From a virus (taxonomy: Duplodnaviria > Heunggongvirae > Uroviricota > Caudoviricetes), in IMG/VR virus record IMGVR_UViG_2576861193_000004, positions 32,001 to 96,000 of that record: a stretch of 64,000 nucleotides of DNA, one strand, 5' to 3'. Shown one piece after another: positions 22,313 to 32,036 of the stretch. Numbering within the stretch: position 1 is the first letter of the stretch; each line of letters begins with the position of its first letter. The position numbers and the translations under genes were made by a program. The notes under the pieces were generated by a model, which saw only the letters and a program-made list of their open reading frames with translations, had not been told where the DNA came from and ran no database searches.

Positions 22313-23200
22313 TTACTTAAGTCCAATTTTCCCCAGACCGGAGGCCAACTTATCCATAGTCGACTTGTTCTTCGGTTGGGATATTGTGTAGGTCGATTTG
22401 GAATGTGAGCCTACACCCTGCTTGGCTTCGCTACGCATCAATGCGTCAGCTTCCGGATCTGCCCGCACAATGCGTTCAATCGCGGATTCAAACGGCAACG
22501 GCTTACCTTCACCGTCAACCAGAACAGCTCGTTCTTTGTGACCTGCCGGTTTGTCATAACCCACTACGCTACCGTCTTCACCCACTTCAAAATGAGAACC
22601 GTAGATCACGCGGGCTTTTGCCGGGGTCATCAGAACTTTGTCACGTAGGAAGAGAGAGTTACTGAAGGAAGCGCCCACGGTCATCTCGACTAATTGAGAT
22701 TTCAGTGATGCGTTTTCACTTTCCAGTGCTGCATAACGTTCGTCACGCTGTGCCAGCTCTGCCTGGTGTGCTTCGATCATCTGTTTTTTAACAGCATCGA
22801 ACTCACCACGACGCTCCAGTTCAGCTTGCTCCGCCTCACGACGTGCGTTTTCTGCGGCCTGTTCAGCTTCTAAAAGCTGGCGAGCACGAGCCGGATCGAT
22901 ATCACCGTACTGAGCAAGCTGATCGGCCAATGTGCGCTCTTTCTCTTTGCGCTTCATGTTCTCCTTCAGCAGTTCAGCACCAGCTTTCTTGGTTTTACGA
23001 AGTTCGGCCAGTAACTCTTCCTGAGTCATGCCAGCGTATTCGTCATCGCCCTTCGGCTGCTCTTTTTGTTCACCCTGTTTGTCAGGATCTTGTGTACTCT
23101 GCTCATTATCAGCAGCTACACCGCCAGCGCCTCCACGCTCATGCGCTTCAGCAACATCCATCAGACCACGACGGGCCAAAAGCATTTGCCACAGATTCAT
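22313..23200 (-). CDS. scaffolding protein (putative)
   Basis: Highly charged coiled-coil protein (EAEQAAENARREAEQAELERR...) between portal and capsid genes. Confidence 0.6.
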   Translation of the reverse strand: MNLWQMLLARRGLMDVAEAHERGGAGGVAADNEQSTQDPDKQGEQKEQPKGDDEYAGMTQEELLAELRKTKKAGAELLKENMKRKEKERTLADQLAQYGDIDPARARQLLEAEQAAENARREAEQAELERRGEFDAVKKQMIEAHQAELAQRDERYAALESENASLKSQLVEMTVGASFSNSLFLRDKVLMTPAKARVIYGSHFEVGEDGSVVGYDKPAGHKERAVLVDGEGKPLPFESAIERIVRADPEADALMRSEAKQGVGSHSKSTYTISQPKNKSTMDKLASGLGKIGLK

Positions 23201-23221
23201 AAAAATTCCTTTTGTTACTTA

Positions 23222-24796
23222 TCACTCGTTCTCTTGAGTAGATGAGTCCCCATTCCCTCGGGGTTGATCTTGCCCGCTTTCTTGGGCCGCACCACGATCA
23301 TAAGTAAGTACTGACTTATTTTCAAGGGTATTTAGATCATTTTTTGGAGGAAAATTCAAGAGATCTTTATCAAATTCCTTTTTCATCGCCTCAGTAATGT
23401 TCGGGAAAATCTTCTCAATAAGCATTTCCATCTGGTGACGACGTACAGAGTCCGGTGCCTGAAGTAATGACAGTTTCTCGGCAACAGAAAATTCATCAGT
23501 AAGGCCACGAATATCGAAACTTTCTGGATACGCAATTAAAGAGTGGTCTTCGTCCAGATCTACCCCCATCCATTTCGCAACCAGTAGCATGATTTGGCGT
23601 TCAGCCCTTTCCAGACGCTCTGCTTTTGTGACAAGCAAGCTATTTACACGCTGGAAGTCATACATTTTTGCGGCACCAGATGAATTATCGATTCCCTGTG
23701 CGTTGTCCTGCTTCGTTCGCTCACCAGCTACACCAACTGAATGGTAGATTTCGTTAATCACCGTCTTAATCGTAGTGATGATCATCTGAGCTTGTTTCGG
23801 GTCTGGTGACAGATAAAACGGCTGGTTTCCACCTTCAGAATCGTAGGTGAAGACTCGCTTTGTGCCCATTTCAAGCACTTTAGTGTGGTTTTCATCACCA
23901 GGTAAAAGCGACTGTACCGGTATAGCCAACTGGCTAAATGTCTGATCCTGAATAATGGCATCAAGGTTTGACAGATAGTTTGCAACCGCACGATCAAGAT
24001 AAGCAATATCATCGATCAACGATGGGCTGAAATACGGTGATTCACTTTCTCCAATACAATCAACAGGAAACACAGGAACTACGCCGAGATTATGCGCGCC
24101 GCTGTCCTCTAAAATAACTTTTGCCTGACGACGACCTGCTCCACCAGCCCCCTTCTTCACTTCCTCACGGAACAGATACCACTCGTTTTGTGTCCACAGA
24201 CGATAACGTTGGTATTCCTGACCTGTAGAAGTAAAAGGATCTGCGTCATCGCGAGCGACTTCCACAATTAACGCCCATAACATATTCCCGTCGTCGTCCC
24301 ATGCCACATCCAGCATTTGCTGAGGTGAAATCCAGTAGGCGTAGGCGCGAGCATCTTTCTTTTTCTCGTCAGCTACTGACTCAACATCACCACTCATCGT
24401 GCTATCGACAACAACCCATATGCGACCGTAAATAGACGACTGCAAATCAATAGCGGCCATAAATGAGTCAATAGAGGCATTCTGGCGAGTCGCACGTTTC
24501 CAGAAATTGCGGATCTGCTCTGGTGCCTCTTCGATATTTCTATGAATGTCTTCTTTAAAGAGATATTTGTTGATGAGGTTTACCACCTCACGAGTGTGGT
24601 TGAAGCGATAAGCACGCTCAACTCGCTCCTTAAACTCCTGATCTCCCTCTTTAAAGTAACGAAAGATATTGTCTGTAAACCAACCACGCCCGCCAGCGTA
24701 AGTGCTGGCGAGGAAGTCCCAATGTTCTTTTTTCTTTTCGTATTCCGGGTGGCGTCGCGCCACCAGATCCTTAATTTGTTTGTCGTTCAATTCCAT
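23222..24796 (-). CDS. portal protein (putative)
   Basis: 524 aa, immediately downstream of terminase large subunit gene. Confidence 0.6.
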   Translation of the reverse strand: MELNDKQIKDLVARRHPEYEKKKEHWDFLASTYAGGRGWFTDNIFRYFKEGDQEFKERVERAYRFNHTREVVNLINKYLFKEDIHRNIEEAPEQIRNFWKRATRQNASIDSFMAAIDLQSSIYGRIWVVVDSTMSGDVESVADEKKKDARAYAYWISPQQMLDVAWDDDGNMLWALIVEVARDDADPFTSTGQEYQRYRLWTQNEWYLFREEVKKGAGGAGRRQAKVILEDSGAHNLGVVPVFPVDCIGESESPYFSPSLIDDIAYLDRAVANYLSNLDAIIQDQTFSQLAIPVQSLLPGDENHTKVLEMGTKRVFTYDSEGGNQPFYLSPDPKQAQMIITTIKTVINEIYHSVGVAGERTKQDNAQGIDNSSGAAKMYDFQRVNSLLVTKAERLERAERQIMLLVAKWMGVDLDEDHSLIAYPESFDIRGLTDEFSVAEKLSLLQAPDSVRRHQMEMLIEKIFPNITEAMKKEFDKDLLNFPPKNDLNTLENKSVLTYDRGAAQESGQDQPRGNGDSSTQENE

Positions 24797-24822
24797 TTGA
24801 ATAACCTTAGATAATTACTTAC

Positions 24823-26079
24823 CTATCTAGAACCACCAAGAATAACACGGTTTTTGACTGGATACCTACGATGTACTGGATAGCCCAATGCGTCTGCACT
24901 ATGCTCAATGCCACCTGTCTTATCCATATCTCGTGTTCCAGGCTTGTAGATGACTTTTTCCAATGAATCAATCAAATGCTTGCACTTCGGATCGATATAC
25001 AGCCGGATATCTCCAGATGCGGTCATCAGCATTCGGTTAACAGCATTAACACGATCCGCAATTGGCGGGTGCTTTTTCGAATAATCGACACGTAAGAATC
25101 CCTTCTCTTTGAATATGTCGACGTCAGACTCCCCGCGAGCATGTTGGCGATAAGCACCTGCCGGATCTGGAAATACCGTTATCTGTGATTTCCAGCGCCA
25201 GAAGCGTCTCTCAAGCTCATCACAAACCTCTGCCGTGTTAGAGGAAAAGAGCACCAATTCATCAATTGCCCATAGCTCACCATTTGGCTGAGGTTGCAAA
25301 ATTACTGAAGACATCGGGTCAATGTTGAAGTCCTGCCCTACCCATATAGGCAACCGAGGGTTGAACTGAAGCGGTTTTACATGCACGTTACGATCGAACG
25401 GGTAGTAAACGCGCCCGGACATGTTCTCAAAGCTCGCCAGGTACTCCTGAGCGAACGATTTCGGGTCCATATCGTTCTTAGCAGCTTCAATTTCCGCCGT
25501 AGGCACAAACGGAGAATCGGCAGTTACAAACTGCCAGCTCTTCCACTGTCCCTTTCTTTGCAGCTCTACGTTCTGGCCTATAGTCCACAGTTTGTGAAAT
25601 TCCGAGAAGCCTTTTGGCGTACCAATGATCAGTGCACCGCCGCGTGTCGATGAAAGAGTAGGTCGTAACACCTTGTACCAGGTGTCAGCCTTCATATCCT
25701 GAAATTCATCAAGCACTACAAAATGCAACGCTACGCCGCGCAGAGTGTCAGGCTTATCAGCACCTTTGAGGGCGATCTCCGAACCGTTCTTCAACACGAT
25801 TGTCATCGTGGTGTCGTTCTTTTTCCTAACCCACTTACGAGGCAGAACTTCCTGTAGATCGTCCCACAAAATCTGGCGAGCCATCTGGTAAGTAGGAGCG
25901 ACATACCAGACCCTTTGCTTTTTTTCCTTTGCCGCCGCACGAATAATAGTGGAGATCGACAACCGGGATTTTCCCCAGCGTCGACCAGCACAAACAACTT
26001 TAAATCGATGCGGAGACTGGAAGACTTTCATCTGTCCAGAATGCAGTTGCACAAGACTGAGCGAGGACGGGATTGCCAT
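24823..26079 (-). CDS. terminase large subunit
   Basis: Walker A (CAGRRWGKS) and Walker B-like (VVLDEFQDM) motifs, nuclease-type C-terminus. Start overlaps terS stop. Confidence 0.8.
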   Translation of the reverse strand: MAIPSSLSLVQLHSGQMKVFQSPHRFKVVCAGRRWGKSRLSISTIIRAAAKEKKQRVWYVAPTYQMARQILWDDLQEVLPRKWVRKKNDTTMTIVLKNGSEIALKGADKPDTLRGVALHFVVLDEFQDMKADTWYKVLRPTLSSTRGGALIIGTPKGFSEFHKLWTIGQNVELQRKGQWKSWQFVTADSPFVPTAEIEAAKNDMDPKSFAQEYLASFENMSGRVYYPFDRNVHVKPLQFNPRLPIWVGQDFNIDPMSSVILQPQPNGELWAIDELVLFSSNTAEVCDELERRFWRWKSQITVFPDPAGAYRQHARGESDVDIFKEKGFLRVDYSKKHPPIADRVNAVNRMLMTASGDIRLYIDPKCKHLIDSLEKVIYKPGTRDMDKTGGIEHSADALGYPVHRRYPVKNRVILGGSR

Positions 26080-26711
26080 TATTCGTCCTCCCCTTCACTT
26101 CCATCATCTGTCGCATCAAATTCGCTTAGAGCTTCTTCTTCCAACGTCTCAAGCAATTCGTCATCGATGATTTCAGGCTCGTCGTCTTCCTGACGTAATT
26201 TCGCCACCTGGGAAGGCGTAAGCTCACCAAATACCAGGTTCGGAATTTCTTCCTCGTCATTTTCCGCATGATCCATGCCCAATGCTTTGGACGAAACTTC
26301 AAAGCATTTTGCAAGGGTATTACTGGCTCTCTGTAAGCTCTTGAGAGAATCCTCAATCGCCCCTAAAGGCCTACCCTCACGTTTGGCCGTAGTGACTTCG
26401 ACCATCACCATCTGCCCCAACGCATACGCCCAGCCGTCATAACGTGTACGACGTTCTTCTATCTTTTCCGCACGGGCTTTAGCGCGAAGCTCTGCGTCAG
26501 ATTTAAGAGACTCACGAACCATCTTCCCAACAGAGTCCGCGCCTTTCTCTAATCCTCGCTTTTTGAAATGTCTGGAGAGTGTTTCACGACGAATGCCGTA
26601 CTCTTCCTCCAGCTTTGAGAGTGTATATTCGCCTGACGTCCATTTGGCTTCAGCTTCGGCCCACTCCGCTGGTGTCAGGCGAGTTTTTACCTCGTCTTTT
26701 TCGACCGTCAT
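26079..26711 (-). CDS. terminase small subunit (putative)
   Basis: 210 aa with N-terminal HTH-like region and very acidic C-terminus, translationally coupled to terL. Confidence 0.6.
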   Translation of the reverse strand: MTVEKDEVKTRLTPAEWAEAEAKWTSGEYTLSKLEEEYGIRRETLSRHFKKRGLEKGADSVGKMVRESLKSDAELRAKARAEKIEERRTRYDGWAYALGQMVMVEVTTAKREGRPLGAIEDSLKSLQRASNTLAKCFEVSSKALGMDHAENDEEEIPNLVFGELTPSQVAKLRQEDDEPEIIDDELLETLEEEALSEFDATDDGSEGEDE

Positions 26712-26807
26712 AGATCCCTCTAAAACACACAGAGCGCGTCCATGCGCTCTAAAACAACTTGTTTACTGCATCTGCTAACCAACTTGTTTTCTGGGGTGTT
26801 TAATTAG

Positions 26808-26904
26808 GTCTGGGCATGTCTTATTAAGCCTGCTTCCGTATATATTTAATAAGTTACTTATTATTTATATATACAGAAGCAGGTCTTTAAATAAGCTCCC
26901 AGAC
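26808..26904. promoter_or_regulatory. compound inverted-repeat element upstream of terS (copy 1)
   Basis: Nested inverted repeats GTCTGGG...CCCAGAC and CTTCCGTATATAT...ATATATACAGAAG around TAATAAGTTACTTATTA. Near-identical copy at 58432-58535. Confidence 0.65.
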
Positions 26905-26907
26905 CGA

Positions 26908-27174
26908 TTACATCACCAGTAACTTCGCTTTGGCTCGACCTAAAGTGGTTAACCCAAGAGTTCGGCGGTGATAGCGATTGTCACTGCGTTGGCGCGTATG
27001 CCCTTTCTCCACCAGCCCCTTTTTTATCAGAGCGCGAATTGAGAACTGGATACTTTGCTTGGTTGTCTTGTACGGCAAAACTTCAAGCAATTCGTCCAGA
27101 TCAAGTAAATGACCTCGCTCATAACCGAGATTGAGCGTTTTGATGATGTCCTTTTGTTTATCGGTTAACGTCAT
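26908..27174 (-). CDS. small winged-helix DNA-binding protein (putative regulator)
   Basis: 88 aa, helix-turn-helix-like pattern, sits just upstream of the compound inverted-repeat element preceding terS. Confidence 0.4.
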   Translation of the reverse strand: MTLTDKQKDIIKTLNLGYERGHLLDLDELLEVLPYKTTKQSIQFSIRALIKKGLVEKGHTRQRSDNRYHRRTLGLTTLGRAKAKLLVM

Positions 27175-27183
27175 GGCAAATCC

Positions 27184-28074
27184 TTATGCCGGTAAAGCAA
27201 TTTCTAACGGTTTATCCAAAGGTTGTTTGTCGAATGCCAGCAGTGGCAGCGTGTCAGGCAGTCGACGACCAAAGTCAGGGTTTCGGTACACACCATACAA
27301 CGGAGACGTAAAGCTCAGGTTGTGAATGTCCTTGAGCAGCTTCACAATGCTGGCCTCGTCCACCAGACTGTCGGCAATGTCCTGAATCGTCGTGCCACGA
27401 TTCCGCCCAGCTTTTGCCAGGGAACTGTTCTTGTGGTAGTCCGCCACCAGATCACGCAGTGCACGGCGACGACGAGACTCGCTCATTGCGAACAACTCTT
27501 TGACGATCGCCTCGTTATCACCAGGGTCGGAACGGAAATGGCGCTGGAATACACGCAGTGCACTTTCATAGCTCTTCGGTCGCTCAGGGCGGATGAACTT
27601 AAACCCTGCTTTCATGGCGAAGGGATTGTATTTGCTCATCGAGGACTGGATCTCAATGATTGGCCGGTCATGCATCCTGCTAACCAGGTTAATCATTCGA
27701 TAAGAGACGCCTACGCCACGATACTGAGTATCCACAACTGAGCGACTGATCACCGCAAAGTTGTTATTCACGTACCGACCCCAGTACTGGTTAGCCACGG
27801 TGGTATTAGTGGTTGGTTTCAACTTAGGAAACATGCGGTGGCGAGGTGCCAGCAGTAGTTTCGGGTAAGCCATAACCACGACGCCCACCAGACGGTCATC
27901 AAGTTCGCAGCGATAGTAAGTTGGCGCGAAAGGTTTGCCGTCTGTTTTGTAGTGAAGCGACTTAAGAGCGTGCCAGTCCTCTACAGTTCCCTTTGTGACA
28001 GTCATTCGCTCCAGAAAGTCCAGATGACGCGGAAACTCTTCAGGGCGGTAGCGTTTAATGATGATGTCCGTCAT
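27184..28074 (-). CDS. hypothetical protein, possible GNAT-fold acyltransferase
   Basis: RGVGVS motif resembling the acetyl-CoA binding motif (R/Q-x-x-G-x-G/A). Last gene of a tightly overlapping four-gene cluster. Confidence 0.35.
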   Translation of the reverse strand: MTDIIIKRYRPEEFPRHLDFLERMTVTKGTVEDWHALKSLHYKTDGKPFAPTYYRCELDDRLVGVVVMAYPKLLLAPRHRMFPKLKPTTNTTVANQYWGRYVNNNFAVISRSVVDTQYRGVGVSYRMINLVSRMHDRPIIEIQSSMSKYNPFAMKAGFKFIRPERPKSYESALRVFQRHFRSDPGDNEAIVKELFAMSESRRRRALRDLVADYHKNSSLAKAGRNRGTTIQDIADSLVDEASIVKLLKDIHNLSFTSPLYGVYRNPDFGRRLPDTLPLLAFDKQPLDKPLEIALPA

Positions 28075-28736
28075 AAATGAACCTCATCATGACTACCATT
28101 GTGATATTCCACCTTCACGCGTTCTTTGTAGTGCTTGGTGATCTGCATATCCGGGCGCAGCGCGTTCTTCAGGTCTTCGTGAGTCGTCGCCACCATTACC
28201 GTCGCACCAACCTTTCGAGCGGCACGCTGGAGGTTAGATGCCACAACCTGAGCGGTTACACGGTCTAGAACAGCACCGAACTCGTCAGCAGCCCACACTT
28301 TAGCGCCTGACTCAATCAGTTTGGCAATCTTGAGACGATATTTCTGACCGTCTGACATTTCAGAAGGCTTGCGAACAAACAGATATGCATCGTTCAGACC
28401 AGCCATAGATAACAACCCAAGCGCATCGCTGGTCGTTTTGCCCAACTGATCGATGACGTTAACCTCATTATCGAAGGTAAAATCATCGATGGAGGCTACA
28501 GACAGCCCTTCATCCTTCATCTGTCGTTGCAACTCGCGCAGCACAACGGATTTGCCGGAACCGGATTGGCCGGTGATGTACACCACATCGCCCTGCTTCA
28601 CTTCCAGCTCCAGATTGTCGTAAAGCGTCCACTCTTTTTCGTCCAGGCCAAGCCCGAACGACTCAGCGATTTCCAACGTGCGCGTGGTTTTATTTACGCG
28701 TGTCTGAAACGATACGTTGATGATGTATTTGCTCAT
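28071..28736 (-). CDS. ABC-type ATPase (P-loop NTPase)
   Basis: Walker A GQSGSGKS, ABC-signature-like MSDGQKYR, Walker B VWAADEF. Overlaps both neighbours by 4 nt. Confidence 0.6.
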   Translation of the reverse strand: MSKYIINVSFQTRVNKTTRTLEIAESFGLGLDEKEWTLYDNLELEVKQGDVVYITGQSGSGKSVVLRELQRQMKDEGLSVASIDDFTFDNEVNVIDQLGKTTSDALGLLSMAGLNDAYLFVRKPSEMSDGQKYRLKIAKLIESGAKVWAADEFGAVLDRVTAQVVASNLQRAARKVGATVMVATTHEDLKNALRPDMQITKHYKERVKVEYHNGSHDEVHL

Positions 28737-29434
28737 GCAGCCATCTCCCCGGAAGAGATCTTCTCCGCATATGCCACAAATGCGTCTACACCGCTTTCTC
28801 CCGTCATTTCTTCCATATGGGCAAGCAAATCACCAACAACAATGGCAGAGCCAGCAGGGAGCGTTTTAAAGCCCAATACGTCGACAACACGTACTTCTTC
28901 CGCTGCAACTTCATGACTGATCTCGGTGTGTTCATCCTTCTGTCGTTTAGTTTCTTCGCCAAGATCGATAACTAGCGAGTCGGTGTCCATTTCTTCTGTC
29001 ATGCTGCCAACGAGAACATTCAACTCACGCTCTTCAAAGCCGAAAACCTCGATATCGTCCAGAACAAGCGACTCAAGCTCTTTCTGTAGCTTAATTGCAT
29101 CGTAATCAATGCTGGCAAGTCGGTTATCTTCAAGACGCTTCGCACGAACCTCGTCATCACTGAGATCATCGCGAACAATAACCGGTACGCGCTCAAGTCC
29201 AGCAAAAATTGCAGCCTCACGGCGGCCGTGGCCAGTAATAATTACGTCGTTCTTATCGACCGTAATTGGCTGGTCAAATCCGCGCTTTTTAATGGCTGCG
29301 GCCAGATCTCGGATCTGCTGTTCATCATGCTTTTTGGCATTCATCTCATAGGGAATAAGATCTGCCGGGTCGCGATATACGATTTCAAACTTTTTGGTCA
29401 TTACATACGCTCCTTGTAGTAGTCGACCAGCCAC
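28733..29434 (-). CDS. ParB/Srx-like nuclease-domain protein
   Basis: ParB N-terminal domain motif IITGHGRREAA, acidic C-terminal half. Confidence 0.6.
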   Translation of the reverse strand: MAGRLLQGAYVMTKKFEIVYRDPADLIPYEMNAKKHDEQQIRDLAAAIKKRGFDQPITVDKNDVIITGHGRREAAIFAGLERVPVIVRDDLSDDEVRAKRLEDNRLASIDYDAIKLQKELESLVLDDIEVFGFEERELNVLVGSMTEEMDTDSLVIDLGEETKRQKDEHTEISHEVAAEEVRVVDVLGFKTLPAGSAIVVGDLLAHMEEMTGESGVDAFVAYAEKISSGEMAA

Positions 29435-30099
29435 ACCAGAGCCTCACCAGCGTTTTCCATTTCATTGCCAGTATTAATTGCCTGGTCTTTGATGATGTTT
29501 TTTATGGTTTCTGCAACGCGATCTGACGCATCGAAAGTTACTTTGAAGCGCATGGTCTGATGTTCCGCACCGACACGTTCGGTTTTCTCTCGTTTGTCGG
29601 TATCGACAGGCTCATCACTACCACGAGACAACGCCTCCAGTGCTTCAAGGTCGATTGCCGCCTCTTTTGCTAAAACCATCGAGATTTCGTCGTCATACGG
29701 GGCGATTTCAGACAGTTGATAGTCAAGTTCTGACTGAATTTCTTCAATGAAGCGCTGCAATGCGATTTGGTCGTCTTCACCGTATCGCTCGTTGTCCACC
29801 AGTGACATCTGTTTAGCTACGACATCGCTAATTTTGCCCACAGAAAGCACCGGAACCGTTGAAATTCCTTGCTCAATAGCAGCACGCCAGCGATGTTCGC
29901 CGCCGAGGATTTCAAAAAATCCATCTTCAAGTTCACGAGCCAAAATTGGCTTAAAAAAGCCCAATTTTTCGATAGAACCTTTCAGTTTTTCAAAATTCTG
30001 CGCACCAACCGAATTGGTGTTCCAGGTATTCGGGCGAAGGTTGGCAACATCAACCTGCAAAATCGTGATTTTTACATCCATTTTATTGCTACAATCCAC
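29401..30099 (-). CDS. ParB/Srx-like nuclease-domain protein
   Basis: ParB box motif FEILGGEHRWRAA. Confidence 0.65.
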   Translation of the reverse strand: MDCSNKMDVKITILQVDVANLRPNTWNTNSVGAQNFEKLKGSIEKLGFFKPILARELEDGFFEILGGEHRWRAAIEQGISTVPVLSVGKISDVVAKQMSLVDNERYGEDDQIALQRFIEEIQSELDYQLSEIAPYDDEISMVLAKEAAIDLEALEALSRGSDEPVDTDKREKTERVGAEHQTMRFKVTFDASDRVAETIKNIIKDQAINTGNEMENAGEALVWLVDYYKERM

Positions 30100-30163
30100 T
30101 ATGTAATCACTTACTTATTATAATAGCCAAATAACATACAAAAGGCACTAAGGAAAGAGGTTT

Positions 30164-31723
30164 ATGACTGTTCGGATTGTATCTAACGCAGTAAATGCAC
30201 TTATTTCTGGCGCAGATGACAAGGTAAAGCAACTGGTGCAACAGATGTTGAGCTACGAAGTCGAGACTGGCGACTGGAAGGGCACAAGCACGATGTTCAA
30301 CTGGAGTAAAAACTCGTTCCCTGCTGGCTTTGCCAAGCCTGTAGCGGCGAACTTGAACAAGGCGGGCATCAAATGTGTTCATATCCGCAAAGACAAAGCC
30401 CCGGCGCTTGGAAAGCCAAATCCGGCGGTCAACCCATTCCCATACAATCCTGATTATGCATATCAGGATCAGACTGTGGAAACACTGGTTCGAGAGGGAA
30501 TGATGATTGCGCAGATCGCTACTGGTGGCGGGAAATCTAATGTTGCCTGCAAAGCAGCTGCACGTATCGGTCGAATGACATTATTTTTAACAACCCGCTC
30601 TGTTCTGATGTTTCAGATGGCCGAAAACTTCCAGAGATCCATCGACTACCGCGCCGAAAATGGCGAACCGTGGTTAAAAGACCAAAAGGTTGGAGTCATT
30701 GGCTCGGGTGAGTTCCAGGTATCACGACATATCAACGTCGCTACAGTTCAAACTCTGGCAAGTTTCCTTGAAGAACCACCACGCGATGCAACTCCAGATA
30801 AGAAGAGCTACCACCTCAAACGTCGGGACTTGGTGAAACGCTTCCTTTCAAGTGTGTCTCTTCTTATTCTGGAAGAGGCGCATGAGTCTTCAGGCTCTAA
30901 TTTCTATGACATCGCCAGATTATGTGCGAACGCAGACTATCGCCTGGCGCTTACGGCAACGCCGTTCATGAAGGATTCTACGGAAGCCAACATGCGTCTG
31001 ATGGCAGTGGCCGGGCGAATTGAAATAAAAGTCACGGAAAAGTATCTGATTGATAGAGGCATTCTGGCAAAGCCATACTTCCTTTATCATAAAGTTGCCT
31101 ACAAGCCGGACGAGGCCAGAATCAAGGCAGAACTTGCCAACAAACACCTCAATTTTAGAGTAGGTATGAGCACTGCCTACCAAAAGGCTTATCAGTTGGG
31201 GATCGTGTATAATTTGGGACGTAATGAGGCCATTGTTCGCGAAGCATTGCTCTATAAGCAACATTCTCTCAATTGTATGACTCTGGTTCGTCTTAAACGC
31301 CACGGGCAAATCCTGATGGAAATGATGAAAGAGTCCGGCCTTAGAGTTGACTTCATTTATGGGGAATCGAACCAGTCGACAAGGCAAGCAAAGCTGAACA
31401 GTTTAGCGTCTGGCGACATAGATGTTTTAATAGGCTCGACTATTCTGGATGTCGGTGTTGATGTGCCAAACGTTGGTGCGGTCATTCTTGCTGGTGGTGG
31501 GAAAGCAGAAGTTGAAATGAGACAACGTGTCGGTCGTGGCTTACGAGCCAAGAAGAATCAGGCAAACGTGTGTTTTGTCACTGATTTCATTGACATTAGC
31601 AACAAATACCTGTTGTCTCACTCTTATGAGCGAAAACACATCATCGACACCACACCTGGCTTTGCAGAAGGTGTATTGCCTGTTGATGGCGCATTCGATT
31701 TTGGAGTTCTGAAACGAGATTAG
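30164..31723 (+). CDS. SF2 DNA helicase (DEAH-type)
   Basis: Walker A ATGGGKS, motif II LEEAH, motif III TATP, motif VI-like QRVGRGLR. Confidence 0.8.
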   Translation: MTVRIVSNAVNALISGADDKVKQLVQQMLSYEVETGDWKGTSTMFNWSKNSFPAGFAKPVAANLNKAGIKCVHIRKDKAPALGKPNPAVNPFPYNPDYAYQDQTVETLVREGMMIAQIATGGGKSNVACKAAARIGRMTLFLTTRSVLMFQMAENFQRSIDYRAENGEPWLKDQKVGVIGSGEFQVSRHINVATVQTLASFLEEPPRDATPDKKSYHLKRRDLVKRFLSSVSLLILEEAHESSGSNFYDIARLCANADYRLALTATPFMKDSTEANMRLMAVAGRIEIKVTEKYLIDRGILAKPYFLYHKVAYKPDEARIKAELANKHLNFRVGMSTAYQKAYQLGIVYNLGRNEAIVREALLYKQHSLNCMTLVRLKRHGQILMEMMKESGLRVDFIYGESNQSTRQAKLNSLASGDIDVLIGSTILDVGVDVPNVGAVILAGGGKAEVEMRQRVGRGLRAKKNQANVCFVTDFIDISNKYLLSHSYERKHIIDTTPGFAEGVLPVDGAFDFGVLKRD

Positions 31724-31725
31724 TT

Positions 31726-32004
31726 ATGAGCGAAAAGAAAACAACTTATTGCCAAGTGGCATTGTCTGATAAGGCCAATGAAAAACTTGGAAAATTTCAA
31801 ATAAAACTCAAAGAGAAAAAAATCAAGATGTCTAAGGCTGAAGTTATCAATGCCATTCTGGAGACGATGACTATGGCTGAATTTGACAAAGTCACATCTG
31901 CCGTTGGGGTTTCCGCTAAGACGCGTGAGAAAATCATGCGCATCTATGAGAACTCCAATATGACAAAAAAAGATCTAGAGGAAATACTGAGCAGGTTGCC
32001 GTAA
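31726..32004 (+). CDS. hypothetical protein
   Basis: 92-aa ORF starting 3 nt after the helicase stop. Confidence 0.45.
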   Translation: MSEKKTTYCQVALSDKANEKLGKFQIKLKEKKIKMSKAEVINAILETMTMAEFDKVTSAVGVSAKTREKIMRIYENSNMTKKDLEEILSRLP

Positions 32005-32036
32005 CATTTCATATTTACCCCCTATCTACTAATTCT

